Shown piece by piece: positions 47,601 to 55,703 of a stretch of DNA of 64,000 bases. The position numbers were made by a program, and so were the translations under genes. The first letter of the stretch is position 1. The number at the start of each line of letters is the position of its first letter. Under the pieces are notes generated by a model that saw only the letters and a program-made list of their open reading frames with translations, was not told where the DNA came from and searched no databases. The stretch lies in the NCBI GenBank assembly GCA_004557645.1, contig SFGI01000013.1:162-64161 (forward strand), given 5' to 3'. Source of the DNA: [Eubacterium] saphenum (lineage in GTDB: Bacteria; Bacillota; Clostridia; Lachnospirales; Anaerotignaceae).

Positions 47601-47729
47601 ATCCTGGCTGCAAACGACATCAAAGCCGACGTTCTGGCAGAAGAAGTTGTTGCTGGCAAAGGCGGCGAACTGAGCAAAGAATGGAATATCAACGGTGAAA
47701 AAGTAACTCTGGGCGTTGCTAGAGTCTGA
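44610..47729 (+). CDS. ileS: Isoleucine--tRNA ligase (long, type-2-like form)
   Basis: HIGH motif (KPHIGH) and KMSKS-type motif (KMSKH), 1039 aa. AAGGAGG lies 9 nt upstream. Confidence 0.97.
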   Translation: MYDKVPNNMNFVEREVQVEKYWKDNDIFGKSIKAREGAPVFTFYDGPPTANGKPHIGHIITRAVKDLIPRYKTMKGYKVLRKAGWDTHGLPVELEVEKTLGLDGKDQIEGYGVEPFIGKCKESVWTYEQEWRSMSDRVGFWADMDHPYVTYHNEYIESEWWALKQIWDKGLLYKGHKVVPYCPRCGTALSSHEVAQGYKDVKETSAIAKFKMEGTENTYFLAWTTTPWTLPSNVILSVNAKETYAKAKYEDYYVIMAEALMDSILGEGKYEIVERMKGADLEYVKYEPLFSFQPQGEDFKGYFVTCDDYVTLTDGTGIVHTAYAYGEDDYRVCKKYDVTFYQNVDTTGHLTALAGPFEGLFVKDADPVVLKYMEENGTLFAALPFEHNYPFCWRCDTPLLYYARSTWFIKMTALRDNLVRNNRTINWYPDNIKEGRFGNFLENVIDWGLSRERYWGTPLPIWECECGHRHTVGSIAELKEMSPDCPEDIELHKPFIDAVHITCPQCGKLMTRVPEVIDCWFDSGSMPFAQWHYPFENKEIFDENFPADFISEAVDQTRGWFYTLLAVSTLIFDCAPFKNCIVLGHVQDKDGQKMSKHKGNVVNPWDALNKQGADAVRWYFYANSAPWLPSRYYDEAVSEMQRKFMGTLWNTYAFYILYAEIDQFDPTKYTLEYDKLAPMDKWILSKLQTLNKFVDESLEGYKLTEPARAMVDFLDDLSNWYVRRSRERFWAEGMEQDKVNAYMTLYTVLETMVKLAAPFTPFITEEIYANLVKKVDVTAPESVHLCDWPAYHEEWVDADLEANMDFVLKVVVEGRAARNASAMKNRQPLAMMYVKADQTLPEAFCDIIKEELNVKAVTFTDDVEAFTTYTFKPQLRTLGKKYGKLVPAIGAYLKEVDGSAFMATLRADGKASFTVDGSEVVLEMDDVLIDTAEKGGFVSSGDNSLTVVLDTNLTPELVEEGFVREIISKVQTMRKEADFNVTDRIRVYHDGNGKIAEILAANDIKADVLAEEVVAGKGGELSKEWNINGEKVTLGVARV

Positions 47730-47750
47730 TTTTTCAAACCAAATAAAAAT

Positions 47751-47790
47751 AATCCCGAAGGAAAATTCCTTCGGGATTTTTATTTTTTTC
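47751..47790 (+). terminator. ileS intrinsic terminator
   Basis: AATCCCGAAGGAA / TTCCTTCGGGATT stem, followed by TTTATTTTTTT. Confidence 0.9.
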
Positions 47791-47791
47791 C

Positions 47792-48064
47792 TTGAGGGTT
47801 TCACCCTCAAACTCCCACGAGGGGGTCACCCCCTCGACCCAATTTGCAAAAACTGTCGTTTTTGCGCCGCAGGCAAATAAAAGTTTTTGGCTCGTTTTTT
47901 TCAAAAGGTAGTGGGGAAGATGCCCCACCCACCGAAGGTGGCTTTGCGAAGCAAAGTACTGAACAAGCGAGTAGGGTTTGGGGCAAAGCCCCATGAACCT
48001 GCCACAGGCGGGTTTTTGAAAGGGTACAGGGGAAACTTTTCCCAAGAAAAGAAAGTTTCCCCTG
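47792..48064. repeat. Array of about 9 different short hairpins between ileS and the aldo/keto reductase gene
   Basis: Stems/loops read directly:
- 47792-47810: TTGAGGGT/TTC
- 47818-47836: CGAGGGGG/TCA
- 47846-47865: GCAAAAAC/TGTC
- 47911-47928: GTGGGG/AAGATG
- 47929-47941: CCACC/GAA
- 47942-47956: CTTTGC/GAA
- 47979-47993: TGGGGC/AAA
- 47996-48014: AACCTGCC/ACA, one G-T pair, then a T-run
- 48027-48064: 13-bp CAGGGGAAACTTT stem. Confidence 0.85.
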
Positions 48065-48082
48065 CATAAATTTCATATTATA

Positions 48083-49090
48083 TCATTCGCCAAACTTAAC
48101 CGCTGCATCCTTCAGCATTTCTCTGATGGGCAGGTTGTAAGGGCATCTCTTTTCACAGGCACCACAACCGATACAAGCACTTGCCTTCACGGGCATTGCA
48201 CTATATCTGTCCTTCGCCCAGTCCCCCAAGCCATATCTGTCCAGATATCCCTGGAACAGGAATACATTGGGGATACTGATGCCAACGGTACAAGGAGCGC
48301 AATAGTTACATCTGCGGCAGAAATTGCTGCCCAGCTGGCTTCTGATCTCTTCCATCTTCGTCAGTTCTGCTTCGCTGAGGGGTGTTTTATCCTCGCAAGC
48401 CGCCAGATTCTGGTCGATCTCTTTCAGATCGAACATACCGGGGATCACAACAGTCACATCGGGGTTTGCACAGATGAAACGGATCGCCAGTGTGGCATCT
48501 TCGATGGCACCGCCTGCCAGAGGTTTCATCGTGATGAAGCCAATGTTCTTTTCTGCGCATTTTTTGATCAGTTCCACTGCCTGTGTTTCCACGATATTGT
48601 AAGGGAACATGATGGTTTCCACCCAATCCAGTTCCAGTGCCTTTTCAAATACTTCCAGAGAATGGGCCGTCACACCGATATGACCGATCTTGCCGGCTGC
48701 CTTTGCTTCTTGCAGCGCTTCCAGGGCGCCGCCTGCCGCAATGACCTGTTCCAGCTGTTCCATATTGGGGTTATGTACCTGATACAGGTCGATGTGGTCT
48801 GTACGCAGGTTGCCCAGGCTGATGTCGATATCCTTCGCCATAGCTTCTTTTGTGCGGGACATGCTCTTTGTCGCCAGCACAAATTTATCGCGCAGACCTT
48901 CCAAGGCTTCCCCCAGATAAGCTTCGCTGACGGTATAGCCTCTGGCGGTATCGATATAGTTGATGCCTTTTTCCGCCATAGCCTTCACCAATTCTCTTGT
49001 CACAGAGGCATCTACCCTCTGGATGGGGATGCCGCCAAAGCCCATACGGGAAATTTTCAAACCTGTTTTACCAAGGGTTACATATTCCAT
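48083..49090 (-). CDS. Aldo/keto reductase with a C-terminal 4Fe-4S ferredoxin-type domain
   Basis: The AKR N-terminus (GKTGLKISRMGFGG...IDTARGY) plus C-terminal Cys clusters (CRRCNYCAPC and CIGCGACEKRCP). Confidence 0.85.
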   Translation of the reverse strand: MEYVTLGKTGLKISRMGFGGIPIQRVDASVTRELVKAMAEKGINYIDTARGYTVSEAYLGEALEGLRDKFVLATKSMSRTKEAMAKDIDISLGNLRTDHIDLYQVHNPNMEQLEQVIAAGGALEALQEAKAAGKIGHIGVTAHSLEVFEKALELDWVETIMFPYNIVETQAVELIKKCAEKNIGFITMKPLAGGAIEDATLAIRFICANPDVTVVIPGMFDLKEIDQNLAACEDKTPLSEAELTKMEEIRSQLGSNFCRRCNYCAPCTVGISIPNVFLFQGYLDRYGLGDWAKDRYSAMPVKASACIGCGACEKRCPYNLPIREMLKDAAVKFGE

Positions 49091-49183
49091 TCAAACTCCT
49101 CCTTATATGTAAAAATTCCTCATAATTCTCTATTGTAAGGATAGCACGAAAATAAAAACATGGCAACACTCATCTTCTCATAA

Positions 49184-49206
49184 GAAAAGCCCGCATTGGG
49201 CGGGCT
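49184..49206 (-). terminator. Intrinsic terminator after the LysR gene
   Basis: AGCCCGC (49188-49194), 5-nt loop, GCGGGCT (49200-49206). TTTTCTTATG follows on the minus strand. Confidence 0.7.
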
Positions 49207-49207
49207 G

Positions 49208-50095
49208 TCATTCACCGACTTCTCTTGCAAAATCGATGAGTTTTTTATATTTCTCTTCGAACAGGCTATTCTTCATATAGACGTAATTGAATTCCCGATA
49301 AATTTCAAAATCCTCGATATCCAGCTCCACAAGGCTGCCCTCCTCCAATTCCCGTTTGACCATGGGATAATAGGAAAAAGTGATACCCAAATTTGCCTTC
49401 ACCAGTTCCTTGATCGCGATAAAATTGCTGATCTCCTGCACAGAAGGGAAGCTGCCGATGGTAAAATTATTTTCCTTCAAAATCTCTTCCAAAATTTCCC
49501 GGGTGCCAGAGCCTTCTTCCCGCAGCACAAGCCCTTCCGTCCGGATATCCCCCAGCTTCAGCTTTCTTCCTGCCAGCTTACATTCCTTGCAGCAGGTGCC
49601 CACAAAGCGTTCCTTGCGGTAGAGCTGATAGGCGTATTTTTCCTTATCGAAAAAACCTTCTACGATGGTGAAGTCCAAATCTCCTTTTTCCAGCATATGC
49701 AGCAGATTTTTCGTATTATCCACATGCAGATGCAGGCGATACTGGGGATTTTCCCGCAGGAATCTGCTCATAATGGAAGGAAAAACAAATTCCCCGATGG
49801 TTTTTGTGGCGCCGATCCGCAGGTGGATCTCCTCCTCCTCCGTTCGTGCCATTTCCTTCTGGATACCGATTTCATTGGCGACCATTTCCGATGCCAGACG
49901 GCGCAGCAATTCCCCCTTTTCTGTCAGCTTCAGAAGTTTCCCCGTATAGGAAAACAGGCGACAGCCGTAATGCTCTTCCAGATAACGGATATGCTGTGTC
50001 ACGGCAGGTTGGGTGATGTGTAGCTCCTCCGCCGTTTTGGTATAATTCATTTTTTCACACAATTTCAAAAATGTCAGGATGCGATTATCCAGCAT
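49208..50095 (-). CDS. LysR family transcriptional regulator
   Basis: N-terminal HTH (NYTKTAEELHITQPAVTQHIRYLE) plus a substrate-binding domain, 295 aa. Confidence 0.9.
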   Translation of the reverse strand: MLDNRILTFLKLCEKMNYTKTAEELHITQPAVTQHIRYLEEHYGCRLFSYTGKLLKLTEKGELLRRLASEMVANEIGIQKEMARTEEEEIHLRIGATKTIGEFVFPSIMSRFLRENPQYRLHLHVDNTKNLLHMLEKGDLDFTIVEGFFDKEKYAYQLYRKERFVGTCCKECKLAGRKLKLGDIRTEGLVLREEGSGTREILEEILKENNFTIGSFPSVQEISNFIAIKELVKANLGITFSYYPMVKRELEEGSLVELDIEDFEIYREFNYVYMKNSLFEEKYKKLIDFAREVGE

Positions 50096-50137
50096 CGGTT
50101 CCCCTTCTTTCTAAAACGCCTGCCTTTCAGTGGCTTC

Positions 50138-51007
50138 TTATTCCGCCAGATTCAATACTTCTGCGCTCTTTGCTTCCGCGGGGATGGTAATTTCCCCTAC
50201 AGCATTGAAGTCGCTGCATACCATGGAAACACTGGCCTTTGCAATGGAAATAGCATAGTCTGTTTCTGTTTCGCCCACAGTCCCCATAGCCGCATCCACG
50301 ATCTTCTGCATCATTTCTGTCAGATCCATTTCATATTTCAGCACATAGCCCTCTGCATCGATCCACATAGCGATGGGCAGATCGCCCATATCTGCATACA
50401 TTGCCTGCAGCTGTTCCTCTGTCACGCCCATGCTGGCGGCAGAATCCGCCGCGCCGCTGTCCATGATAGCCTTCTCCATGGCTTCACCGGTGATCACGCC
50501 TTCGATCTTTGTGGTCTTTGTGCCATTGATGGTCTCTTCACCGCTGGCTTTGAAGGACTGGATATTGTTCAGATACAGCTCCATATTCTGCTCCGCATTA
50601 TACTGTCCCAGATCCCCCAGCTCCATGGTCTGGGCATACCATGTATCTGCGGAATACATATAAGTCATCAGCTTGCCGTCCACTTCTTCCGCATACATCT
50701 GCATCTGCTCCATTTCGGAACCATCTTCCATGACCACAGACAGATCCATCTGCATCTGCAAAGGCTCCTGCTTTGTCTGGATGTTGGCTACACTGGTGGT
50801 TTCCATGACTTCATCGCCCAGGGCCATATCCATTTCCATGGTCATTTCCGCTGCCATGCTTTCCACCGTTGCCATGGTCTCCTGAGACTTCGCCAGCAGG
50901 GCCTCCACCTCTGCCGTATCCATCACTGCTGTGCTGCCGCAGCCCGCTGCAGAAATCGCCATGATTGCAGTCATTGCTGCCGCAAAAATTTTTTTGTTCC
51001 ACTTCAT
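50138..51007 (-). CDS. Methionine-rich lipoprotein of unknown function
   Basis: Lipobox AISAAGC. 32 Met in 289 residues by my count, including the runs MTMEMDM and MEQMQMY. ATG 51007 was chosen for the signal peptide MKWNKKIFAAAM. Confidence 0.7.
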   Translation of the reverse strand: MKWNKKIFAAAMTAIMAISAAGCGSTAVMDTAEVEALLAKSQETMATVESMAAEMTMEMDMALGDEVMETTSVANIQTKQEPLQMQMDLSVVMEDGSEMEQMQMYAEEVDGKLMTYMYSADTWYAQTMELGDLGQYNAEQNMELYLNNIQSFKASGEETINGTKTTKIEGVITGEAMEKAIMDSGAADSAASMGVTEEQLQAMYADMGDLPIAMWIDAEGYVLKYEMDLTEMMQKIVDAAMGTVGETETDYAISIAKASVSMVCSDFNAVGEITIPAEAKSAEVLNLAE

Positions 51008-51082
51008 TATACATACCTCCAAAACCAGATTTTTCAAAGCTAATTTTATCATATTCTTTCAAATTTATCTTTTATGAACTCC

Positions 51083-51745
51083 TTAAGATTTTGCTTTTTT
51101 CGCCTTTTCCTTCATATTTTTCTGCCCGCCGGTGCAGTAAGGGAAGAGGAAACATTCCTCACATTTGGGTCTGCGGGCGATACAGATCTTTCTGCCATGG
51201 GCAATCATCTGGGTATTGATATCGATCCATTTTTCCTTGGGAACGATCTTCATCAGGTCAAATTCGATCTTCACAGGGTCTTCATTTTTCGTCAGCCCCA
51301 AAAGATTGGAGACCCGCTTCACATGGGTATCTACCACCACACTGGGGATGCCGTACCAGTTTCCCCGTACCACATTGGCTGTCTTTCTGCCCACCCCTGC
51401 AAGGCTTGTCAGGGCATCAATATCGGAAGGCACTTCCCCGCCGTATTCCGAAAGGAGCTTCTGACAGCAGGCGATGATATTTTTCGCCTTATTATGGTAA
51501 AAACCTGTGGAATGGATGTCCTGTTCCAATTCCTTCAGGTCTGCTTCCGCAAAACCCTGAATGGATGTATATTTCTGAAACAAGTCCTTTGTCACGATAT
51601 TCACCCTGTCGTCGGTGCATTGAGCAGACAGCATGGTGGCGATCAAAAGCTGCCAAGGGTTTTCATGGTTCAGATAGCATTTTGTGGGGCCGTAATGCTC
51701 ATGCAGCAGCTCCAAAATAATATTGACCTTCTCTTTTTTTGTCAT
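51083..51745 (-). CDS. nth: Endonuclease III
   Basis: HhH-GPD (LAGVGRKTANVV) and the C-x6-C-x2-C-x5-C Fe-S cluster (CIARRPKCEECFLFPYC). Confidence 0.95.
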   Translation of the reverse strand: MTKKEKVNIILELLHEHYGPTKCYLNHENPWQLLIATMLSAQCTDDRVNIVTKDLFQKYTSIQGFAEADLKELEQDIHSTGFYHNKAKNIIACCQKLLSEYGGEVPSDIDALTSLAGVGRKTANVVRGNWYGIPSVVVDTHVKRVSNLLGLTKNEDPVKIEFDLMKIVPKEKWIDINTQMIAHGRKICIARRPKCEECFLFPYCTGGQKNMKEKAKKAKS

Positions 51746-51849
51746 TCTTTCCGACTCCTTCCCGAAGGGAGACTATTTCCCGAAATTTCCCGAGAAATAT
51801 TTCCCTTTATCCAATTTGCCGTAGAAATCAGTTATTTTTTCTGCGGCAT

Positions 51850-52377
51850 TTAATTGTATATTGCATAGGCATTTCCTTCCGCATCATATCCCGTCATGGT
51901 GGTACGATACATCGTAATCCCCTGATCCAGCTTCATCGCCGCAATGTTCTTTTCCGCAAAAGAAAGCGTTTCTGTCTGTAAAATTTCATCTGAATATATG
52001 TCTCTCAACACAATGTCAACATAGGAGAAATCTTTCTCATTGCATACATAAACTTCATACTGATTTTCTCCAATGGTTCTGGAACTAGACACAAACCACT
52101 CTTTTGGCATCAAAACCCCACCGTCATAAACATATTTTCCCGTTCCCATAGGTTTAAATGCCGCAATGCCATGTTGGTCTCCTGTTTCAATTTCACAAAA
52201 AATATAATCTTCTGCTTCTATTTCAGAAATGATCTTTGCATCCGCATACTGCTCTGCCACAGCCTCTTGCCTTCCAACAGGTGTTCCCATTTGCTTCAGA
52301 ACTCTGCTTTCCCATACGCTTTGTCCGATCCCTATCGCCAACAACGGCAAAAGTACAATCCAAAAGTTCTTTTTCAT
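51850..52377 (-). CDS. Hypothetical membrane-anchored/secreted protein (175 aa)
   Basis: N-terminal hydrophobic segment MKKNFWIVLLPLLAIGIG. No motif recognised. Confidence 0.6.
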   Translation of the reverse strand: MKKNFWIVLLPLLAIGIGQSVWESRVLKQMGTPVGRQEAVAEQYADAKIISEIEAEDYIFCEIETGDQHGIAAFKPMGTGKYVYDGGVLMPKEWFVSSSRTIGENQYEVYVCNEKDFSYVDIVLRDIYSDEILQTETLSFAEKNIAAMKLDQGITMYRTTMTGYDAEGNAYAIYN

Positions 52378-52464
52378 ATTTCCCTCCTTTTCCCACAATA
52401 CCTATCCCTTTCTTCCATCCTACCAAACCTGCATCTCTTTTGCAAGACACGCTTTTTTCCTTCA

Positions 52465-52493
52465 TTGACAAACCCCATTTCCTATACTATCAT
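52465..52493 (+). promoter_or_regulatory. Candidate promoter of the Fur-family gene
   Basis: TTGACA (52465-52470), 17 nt, TATCAT (52488-52493). Confidence 0.55.
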
Positions 52494-52524
52494 GGAAAAA
52501 GACAAAAGAAAGGGGGAGTCAGAA

Positions 52525-52941
52525 ATGGAACAAAACATCTTGAAAAAGGCCGCATTGAAATCCACAAAAAAACGCCAGATGTTGCTGTTCCTGCTGGAAA
52601 AACAAGCCCGCCCCATGACAGCAGAGGAGCTGCACGAAGCAGCCAATGTGATCCTGCCCATGAATGTTTCCACCGTTTACCGTACCCTGAACACCCTGAC
52701 GGAAAAAGGCTTCCTCATCCGTTCCGTGCGTCAGGACGGCAAGGCTTATTATTCCCTGCCGAAAAAAGACCATTACCATCGTCTGGTCTGCGATCTTTGC
52801 GGCAAGGTTATTCCCATCGATACCTGCCCCCTCAGTGAACTGGAGGAAACACTGCAGGAAAAAACAGGCTTCCGCATCACCGGTCATTCTCTGGAATTTA
52901 CAGGTCTTTGCCCGGAATGTGCCAAAAAAACAACCCTTTAA
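52525..52941 (+). CDS. Fur family transcriptional regulator (metal or peroxide specificity not assignable)
   Basis: Winged-helix N-terminus (STVYRTLNTLTEKGFL), HYHRLVCDLCGK and CPEC metal-site motifs. ATG 52525 follows GGGGGAG. Confidence 0.88.
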   Translation: MEQNILKKAALKSTKKRQMLLFLLEKQARPMTAEELHEAANVILPMNVSTVYRTLNTLTEKGFLIRSVRQDGKAYYSLPKKDHYHRLVCDLCGKVIPIDTCPLSELEETLQEKTGFRITGHSLEFTGLCPECAKKTTL

Positions 52942-52947
52942 CCATCA

Positions 52948-52976
52948 ACAGGATACCAAACGGTATCCTGTTTTTA
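52948..52976 (+). terminator. Intrinsic terminator after the Fur-family gene
   Basis: ACAGGATACC, loop AAAC, GGTATCCTGT, then TTTTTATG. Confidence 0.85.
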
Positions 52977-53746
52977 TGTTTCTTCGATTTCCAAACCTGC
53001 CGTATCATACATCACACGGGCATGATTTTTCCGCAGAAGCTGCTTTTCTACTGTCTCTCCTGTTTTCTTATCTACCTTGGAACGATAGACCTCCCCTGTC
53101 CGATACACAATGCCATCTTCCCGCACAAACTTTTCCTTCTCCGTTTCGATATGATAGCTAAACTCCACCGGCTCACTGCAGCGCAATTCTCCTCTTAAGT
53201 AGGCAGCATCTACTGTAACCACCAGTTGATAGGTTCTGTCTGTGCCATTATAAAAACGATAATCCAGATAATTATAGAATATAGAAGTGCCTGTGCCAAA
53301 GGGCACCTGCCGCCCAAAATCGGGAAACAGGTCAAATCCATCATGATGATGATGCTCCACGATTTCCAAATCCGAATGCAGCACCATCCAATGAATCAGG
53401 TTGGTAAACTGGCACATACCGCCGCCAACGCCGCTATCGCTCTGTCCCCCTTTTAGCACCAATCCTTCCTGATAGCCCTTCTTTGCCGTGGTATTCCCCA
53501 CCAGTTTCCAGAAAGAAAAGGTCTCTCCCGGGCGGATCAGGATATGGGATACCTTTGGTGCTGCAATGGCAAGGTTCGTGGCTTTGTTTTCCTGCAGGCG
53601 TGGGTCTACATTGCCCAATGTCCTTCGTTCTGTTTTGCAAATGCCTTTTTCATAATCATATCCTTCAGTCGCCGCTGCATTCTATTTTTCTCCACAGAAA
53701 TGCGGTATGCTGTTGGCGAAAGCTGACAAAATAATCTTCTTCCCAT
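52974..53746 (-). pseudogene. VanW-family protein gene, apparently frame-disrupted near the 5' end
   Basis: A strong SD (GGGGGAG) plus ATG 53746 opens a 46-codon frame (MGRRLFCQLSPTAYRISVEKNRMQRRLKDMIMKKAFAKQNEGHWAM) that stops at 53606. The VanW core (PGETFSFWKLVG...GGGMCQFTNLIHW) continues in another frame, open only from 53681 with TTG 53618 as its first start. Confidence 0.5.
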
Positions 53747-53884
53747 ACCCACTCCCCCTTTTTCTTTCAGCATAGCATAAAAGGGAAAGAAATTGGGTAT
53801 TCTCCAAAAATCTTATGTTTTTCGTAAGAAATAACCTGCGTGACGCAAAATAATTCTTTTTGTTCCCACTGGAAGAAATTGCAT

Positions 53885-53913
53885 TTGCTTAATTATTACA
53901 AAAATGTTAATAT
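53885..53913 (+). promoter_or_regulatory. Candidate extended -10 promoter of the micro-ORF
   Basis: TTGCTT (53885-53890), 17 nt, TAATAT (53908-53913), with TG at 53905-53906. Palindromes TTACGTAA (53916-53923) and ATCGCGAT (53923-53930) lie at the predicted TSS. Confidence 0.5.
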
Positions 53914-53958
53914 TGTTACGTAATCGCGATACAAATTCTTAATAGGAGGTTAACAATT

Positions 53959-54024
53959 ATGTGCAACTTTGATTTTGCTTCCATTCTGGAAATTCTGCGT
54001 CAGCTGTGTGGTTTCGGCTGCTAA
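53959..54024 (+). CDS. Candidate 21-aa microprotein MCNFDFASILEILRQLCGFGC
   Basis: Below the ORF-track size cut-off. TAGGAGG (53943-53949) lies 9 nt before ATG 53959. Triple stop TAATGATAA, followed immediately by a terminator hairpin. Confidence 0.5.
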   Translation: MCNFDFASILEILRQLCGFGC

Positions 54025-54028
54025 TGAT

Positions 54029-54062
54029 AAAAAAAGACCCTGCTTCTGCAGGGTCCTTTTTT
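54029..54062. terminator. Bidirectional terminator (micro-ORF / accA)
   Basis: GACCCTGC (54036-54043), loop TTCT, GCAGGGTC (54048-54055), flanked by an A-run and a T-run. Confidence 0.85.
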
Positions 54063-54846
54063 ATTCCGCCCAGCGTCCCAGTTTGCGGAACCGCTGATAC
54101 CGTTCTTCTGAAAGGGTCTTTCCATCTTTTTTAGAATAGCCCTTCAAATCCAGAATCAATTTTTCTTTCATGCCTTCGCACATTGCGCCGAAATGCTTGA
54201 AATCTTCCTTGATGATCTCTTCCGCCACGCCGAATTCCACCATATCCTCCGCCGTGATGCGCAGACATTCTGCCGCGTCGGGTGCCAGCTTGGCATCCTC
54301 CCACAGGATGCTGGCACAGCCTTCCGGGGAAATGACAGAAAAAACCGCATTTTCCAGCATATACAGCTTATTCGCCACGGAAAGGCCCAGTGCGCCGCCG
54401 CTGCCGCCTTCCCCAATGACGATGGTGATGACAGGGGTTTCCAGTGCCATCATCTGCATCAGGTTATCGGCAATGGCCTGGCCCTGCCCCCGTTCTTCCG
54501 CTTCTTCGCCGCAGAAGGCGCCGGAGGTATCCACAAAGCAGATGATGGGCCGATGGAATTTTTCCGCCTGCTTCATCAGCCTCAGAGCCTTCCGATAGCC
54601 TTCCGGCATGGGGCAGCCAAAGTTGCATTTGATGCGTTCCTCCAAGTCTCTGCCTCTTTCGATGCCGATAAAGGTAGCAGGAATTTCCCCCAGCATACCG
54701 ATACCGCCGATGATGGCCGCATCATCGGCATATTTTCTGTCCCCATGCAGCTCTGTCCGTTCCGTAAACAGTTTCTCGATATAGGAACGAGCCGTAGGGC
54801 GGTTTTGGGCACGGGCGGTCTGTAATTTCTGATACGCTTTCATCAT
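54061..54846 (-). CDS. accA: Acetyl-CoA carboxylase carboxyltransferase subunit alpha
   Basis: ...[11 protein letters not shown]...[12 protein letters not shown]... pattern. Last gene of the fab/acc cluster. Confidence 0.95.
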   Translation of the reverse strand: MMKAYQKLQTARAQNRPTARSYIEKLFTERTELHGDRKYADDAAIIGGIGMLGEIPATFIGIERGRDLEERIKCNFGCPMPEGYRKALRLMKQAEKFHRPIICFVDTSGAFCGEEAEERGQGQAIADNLMQMMALETPVITIVIGEGGSGGALGLSVANKLYMLENAVFSVISPEGCASILWEDAKLAPDAAECLRITAEDMVEFGVAEEIIKEDFKHFGAMCEGMKEKLILDLKGYSKKDGKTLSEERYQRFRKLGRWAE

Positions 54847-55703
54847 TCCAGCCCCCCTTTTCTGTTATGCTGCCGCAAAAGTTTTTCCAAAGTACCCCGC
54901 AGTTCTGTTCTGGGAACAATGGCATCTACGAAGCCATGCTCCAGCAAAAATTCTGCTTTCTGGAAATCATCGGGCAGCTTTTTCTTTGTGGTCTGCTCAA
55001 TGACCCTGCGCCCTGCAAAGCCAATGGTGGCATTGGGCTCGGATAGGATGATATCCCCCAGCATGGCAAAGCTGGCTGTGACACCGCCGGTGGTAGGGTC
55101 TGTCAAAACGGTAATGTAAAGACCGCCCCGCTTGCTGTGGTAATCCACTGCGCCGCTGGTCTTTGCCATCTGCATCAGGGAAAGGATGCCTTCCTGCATA
55201 CGGGCACCGCCGGAGGCCGTAAAGCCCACCACGGGCAATTCCTGTTCCGCCGCGTATTCAAACAGTCTGGCGATCTTTTCACCTACTACGGAACCCATAC
55301 TGCCCATCATAAAGCCGGGCTCCATGACGAAAATGGCGCAGGGCTGACGGCGAATGGTGGCTGTGCCGCAGATGACTCCTTCCTCTTCCCCGCAGGCTGC
55401 TCTGCCCCTGTCCATCTTATCCTGATAACCGGGAAATTCCAGAGGGTCGATGGTTTCAATATTCATAAACAGCTCCTGAAAACTGTCCTTATCGAACAGG
55501 GCTTTGATCCTCGTTCTGGCGCCAATGCGAAAATGGTGTCCGCAATGGGGGCAGGTTGCTTTATTCTTTGCGATGGCCCGCTTCGTTTCGTAAGATTTGC
55601 ACTCGGGACAACGCACCTTTTCTTCAAATGTTGCTTTTGGCGTAATACCGCCTTTTTCCAATGTATTTTTGGACTTGCGAAAGTAACCCATGATGTTACT
55701 CAT
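54843..55703 (-). CDS. accD: Acetyl-CoA carboxylase carboxyltransferase subunit beta
   Basis: N-terminal zinc ribbon CPECKS...CPHCGHH. Overlaps accA (ATGA). Confidence 0.95.
   Translation of the reverse strand: MSNIMGYFRKSKNTLEKGGITPKATFEEKVRCPECKSYETKRAIAKNKATCPHCGHHFRIGARTRIKALFDKDSFQELFMNIETIDPLEFPGYQDKMDRGRAACGEEEGVICGTATIRRQPCAIFVMEPGFMMGSMGSVVGEKIARLFEYAAEQELPVVGFTASGGARMQEGILSLMQMAKTSGAVDYHSKRGGLYITVLTDPTTGGVTASFAMLGDIILSEPNATIGFAGRRVIEQTTKKKLPDDFQKAEFLLEHGFVDAIVPRTELRGTLEKLLRQHNRKGGLE

Noticed and set aside
47734-48076. ORFs of 60-103 aa in the ileS-AKR intergenic region (both strands)
   Set aside because: They are read through consecutive palindromes, which gives mirror-like peptide stretches. 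They have no SD, and overlapping frames are open on both strands. The region is treated as a hairpin array instead.
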